38,844 nucleotides of DNA from Candidatus Woesearchaeota archaeon (GTDB taxonomy: Archaea; Nanobdellota; Nanobdellia; SCGC-AAA011-G17; JACPIM01), in assembly GCA_964513145.1 (NCBI GenBank), contig CAZELK010000007.1:11960-50803 (forward strand), in the 5' to 3' direction. Of this stretch, positions 36,491-38,844 are shown in pieces. The notes below the pieces were generated by a model, which did not search any database, was not told the origin of the DNA, and was given only the letters and a program-made list of their open reading frames with translations. Both the position numbers and the translations under genes were made by a program. Position 1 is the stretch's first letter. Each line of letters opens with the position of its first letter.

Positions 36491-38414
36491 TTTTATTTCC
36501 TAATGCTTTGCTTATTTCTGATAATCTTGTCGGCTTTCCAACATAAGGTATGTGGAAGATTATTTTATTTTTCTCCAAATCATCTCGGGAGATTTCAAAT
36601 TCAAATTCAGCATATCCTGAAATTATTTTATTCACAGTTGTTGCGGGTATTACTGTTTTAACACATTTCTTTTCAGTTTGAGGTATTATTCCAGACAAAA
36701 TTCCTTGCTTTGGGACATCAAAACAATTTTCTATTACTTGTTCATTAATTGTTAATCCTTCCGGATAATTAGAAATTAAATATGTTATTGCCTTATATTT
36801 TCCTGAAATTAATTTTATTTTTTTAGTATCTGGGTAAATAAGAGTTTCATAATGTTCTTTTTCTTCTTCTGACAATTGTATATAGACTTGCTCATCTTTG
36901 TCTATTTTTCCAGAACCAGCTCTTTCTATTAACACATCAACATTTAAATTTTTATAAGGCTCTAAAAATAATGTTGTTGTGAAACTTTCCAATGTTGATG
37001 CTGTCTGCTTTGAGAAATGATAATTATCTTTTGAAGCTATTAAGGCCCCGTTCAAACACTGGGGGTATTTTTGGACCAAAATAGCTTCATTTAGGGAATT
37101 TAATTTTGTTTTTCCAATATCGCACTGATTGCTTATGCATTTGTATTTAATATCTACATTATCTAAATTCTTTCCATTAATATCTTTTGTAAAAACAGTT
37201 ATTTCATTTTTTCTTGTATCGCATATTCTTGTATCAAGTTCCGGAGTTGATCTTGTCAAAGTTGCTGCTTTTCTAGGCTCATTATTATCTATAATTACCT
37301 GGACTGCGAACTGAAAAGTATAGCCATCTTTATTTAAAATTACTAAAACTGGATATTTAGTATCATAAATAAAATGATAAGTGCTTATACAAGCGAAAGA
37401 TTCTGCTATTCCCCTTAATGGACCCAATTTTTCAGTAACAGACTGTGCTTTTAACAAGCTTCCTTCCCTTGGATTTATGTCCAAATTCAAAGGCCAGTTT
37501 TCAGAATACAAAAAGTTTACATCCAGATTTTGATCTTTTAAATTTGGACCAAGAACAAAATAATTATTTTCACTATTTGTCAAGCCGAAATTTGTTCCCT
37601 GCACTTTTAAAGCCTGTATATTATTTGAAATTATTTTTTTAAGATTTGATTCAACATCATGTACATTCCATATTGGGGGGATACAATCATCTGTTGAACC
37701 TGAGTAAGGGATTTCACTATAAGTTATCAACATAGTCAATGTTTTATGCTCAAGATCATTGTTTGAATTCAAATTTTCAAATATTTTCTTTGCTGAGGTG
37801 TATAGATCATATAGGGGGGAATTTATTTTTTGAGAGAATTTATTTATTTTAAATTCAAAATCTTTTGTTTTTATATTTAAAGGAAAATCTAATGAAATCT
37901 TAACTTCATTTTCATTTAATTCAGAACTAACTTTTAAATCGCCTTGTATGATTTCAAAGTCCTGGAAACCTTCAAAATTATTTAAACAACTGTTCAGATC
38001 GTTTTCTATATAATTTGATATTTGAAATTCAATGTCACTTTCTGTAGGCATCTGGGTTTTTTGAATTTTATTTGGCTGTTCATAGAACCAATAAGCAACA
38101 TTGTTATTTCCATATATTGTTAAAGCGTTTGAAATTAAATTCAACTGATCTGATGGAAACGGGTCTCTAGGTATTGTTGTGTAGCCGCCTTGCTGACCTA
38201 TAATTTTCAAGGCTTTTTCACCAGACTCTTTCAAGCATGACAAAACAAATGTGTTTATTGGCTTTATTTTCTCAGGAATTATTATATTCTCTTCTAACTC
38301 TTTGTTTAAAATTACTTTTAAAACATAATCTTTTGCATAAAAAGCAGTTACAACTGTTGCTAATGCTATCAAACCTATAATTACATAAACTGTAATTTGA
38401 CCTCTTTTTGTCAT
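36465..38414 (-). CDS. 649-aa surface protein with class III (pilin-like) signal peptide
   Basis: MTKRG|QITVYVIIGLIAL. Confidence 0.82.
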   Translation of the reverse strand: MTKRGQITVYVIIGLIALATVVTAFYAKDYVLKVILNKELEENIIIPEKIKPINTFVLSCLKESGEKALKIIGQQGGYTTIPRDPFPSDQLNLISNALTIYGNNNVAYWFYEQPNKIQKTQMPTESDIEFQISNYIENDLNSCLNNFEGFQDFEIIQGDLKVSSELNENEVKISLDFPLNIKTKDFEFKINKFSQKINSPLYDLYTSAKKIFENLNSNNDLEHKTLTMLITYSEIPYSGSTDDCIPPIWNVHDVESNLKKIISNNIQALKVQGTNFGLTNSENNYFVLGPNLKDQNLDVNFLYSENWPLNLDINPREGSLLKAQSVTEKLGPLRGIAESFACISTYHFIYDTKYPVLVILNKDGYTFQFAVQVIIDNNEPRKAATLTRSTPELDTRICDTRKNEITVFTKDINGKNLDNVDIKYKCISNQCDIGKTKLNSLNEAILVQKYPQCLNGALIASKDNYHFSKQTASTLESFTTTLFLEPYKNLNVDVLIERAGSGKIDKDEQVYIQLSEEEKEHYETLIYPDTKKIKLISGKYKAITYLISNYPEGLTINEQVIENCFDVPKQGILSGIIPQTEKKCVKTVIPATTVNKIISGYAEFEFEISRDDLEKNKIIFHIPYVGKPTRLSEISKALGNKNVPKPEFK

Positions 38415-38542
38415 CTTTTCTTATTTAATTTTTCTTTTAATAAATCGTTAATTATCTGCTGAATTGTTTTTTCTTCCATAGCACACACTACCTTTAATTT
38501 CTTATGAACTTCAGGCTCTATTTCTATATTTACTCTTCCCAT
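38411..38542 (-). CDS. 43-aa ribbon-helix-helix-like DNA-binding protein; not in the ORF track
   Basis: Manual translation MGRVNIEIEPEVHKKLKVVCAMEEKTIQQIINDLLKEKLNKKR; ATGA overlap with the next gene. Confidence 0.75.
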   Translation of the reverse strand: MGRVNIEIEPEVHKKLKVVCAMEEKTIQQIINDLLKEKLNKKR

Positions 38543-38790
38543 TTATAAGTTAACTAAGTAATATTATAAAACTTAGTTATATAACTAATAACTTTTGAGT
38601 ATTTAAATATTGAGTTTTAAGAGAAATATAAAAATTCTAAAGTTCATATAAAGTTATGGTCGGTTTAGAGTTATTTGGAATAATACTAGTAATTTTATCT
38701 ATTATTTACTCAATTTATAAGAAAAATAATGGTATTGTGTTTGCATTAATAATTACATTATTCTCATTATTGCATTTATTCTATTTAGTA

Positions 38791-38844
38791 ATGACGTCCT
38801 CCACGCCATGAATGGCGTGGTTTCCAACAGAAGCATTAATCACT
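38791..38844 (-). mobile_element. Right end of a further IS200/IS605-family element that extends beyond the window
   Basis: Hairpin CCACGCCAT-GA-ATGGCGTGG (38801-38820); minus strand reads GGAAACCACGCC...GGCGTGGAGGACGTCA, a typical tnpB right end. Confidence 0.75.

Noticed and set aside
1063-37642. Numerous 60-112 aa antisense or alternate-frame ORFs in the track (e.g. 7477-7815, 14937-15275, 32421-32750)
   Set aside because: They are shadows of well-supported genes, with no motifs or RBS.
1-38844. CRISPR array or cas genes
   Set aside because: No regularly spaced repeat-spacer pattern and no cas-like ORFs were seen.

Overview
AT-rich archaeal chromosomal segment. Gene content and compactness suggest a DPANN (Woesearchaeota/Pacearchaeota-like) genome; this is an inference. 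The housekeeping backbone comprises rpl37ae-rpoP-pfdB, sepF, ZPR1-dph2-glyS, srp54-HAD-bud32, rps15-recJ-like-rps3ae, endA/rnz, an intein-containing tfb, rps8e, lsm-rpl37e and pepN. There are also three toxin-antitoxin pairs and a large surface-protein operon. Four observations stand out. (1) Six tRNA genes are present, five of them split by 14-15 short bulge-helix-bulge (BHB) introns, including a four-intron tRNA-Pro(UGG) and a tRNA-Leu(UAG) with two tandem introns at one site. (2) Two decayed free-standing LAGLIDADG endonuclease genes each run directly into a multi-intron tRNA gene. (3) A tnpB with a Fanzor-like rearranged RuvC site lies inside 17-bp IS903-like inverted repeats with a 9-bp target-site duplication, rather than inside IS200/IS605 ends. 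(4) A ~35-50 bp promoter-proximal element is shared by both LAGLIDADG loci and a second tnpB. All structures were folded and translated by hand and no database searches were run.
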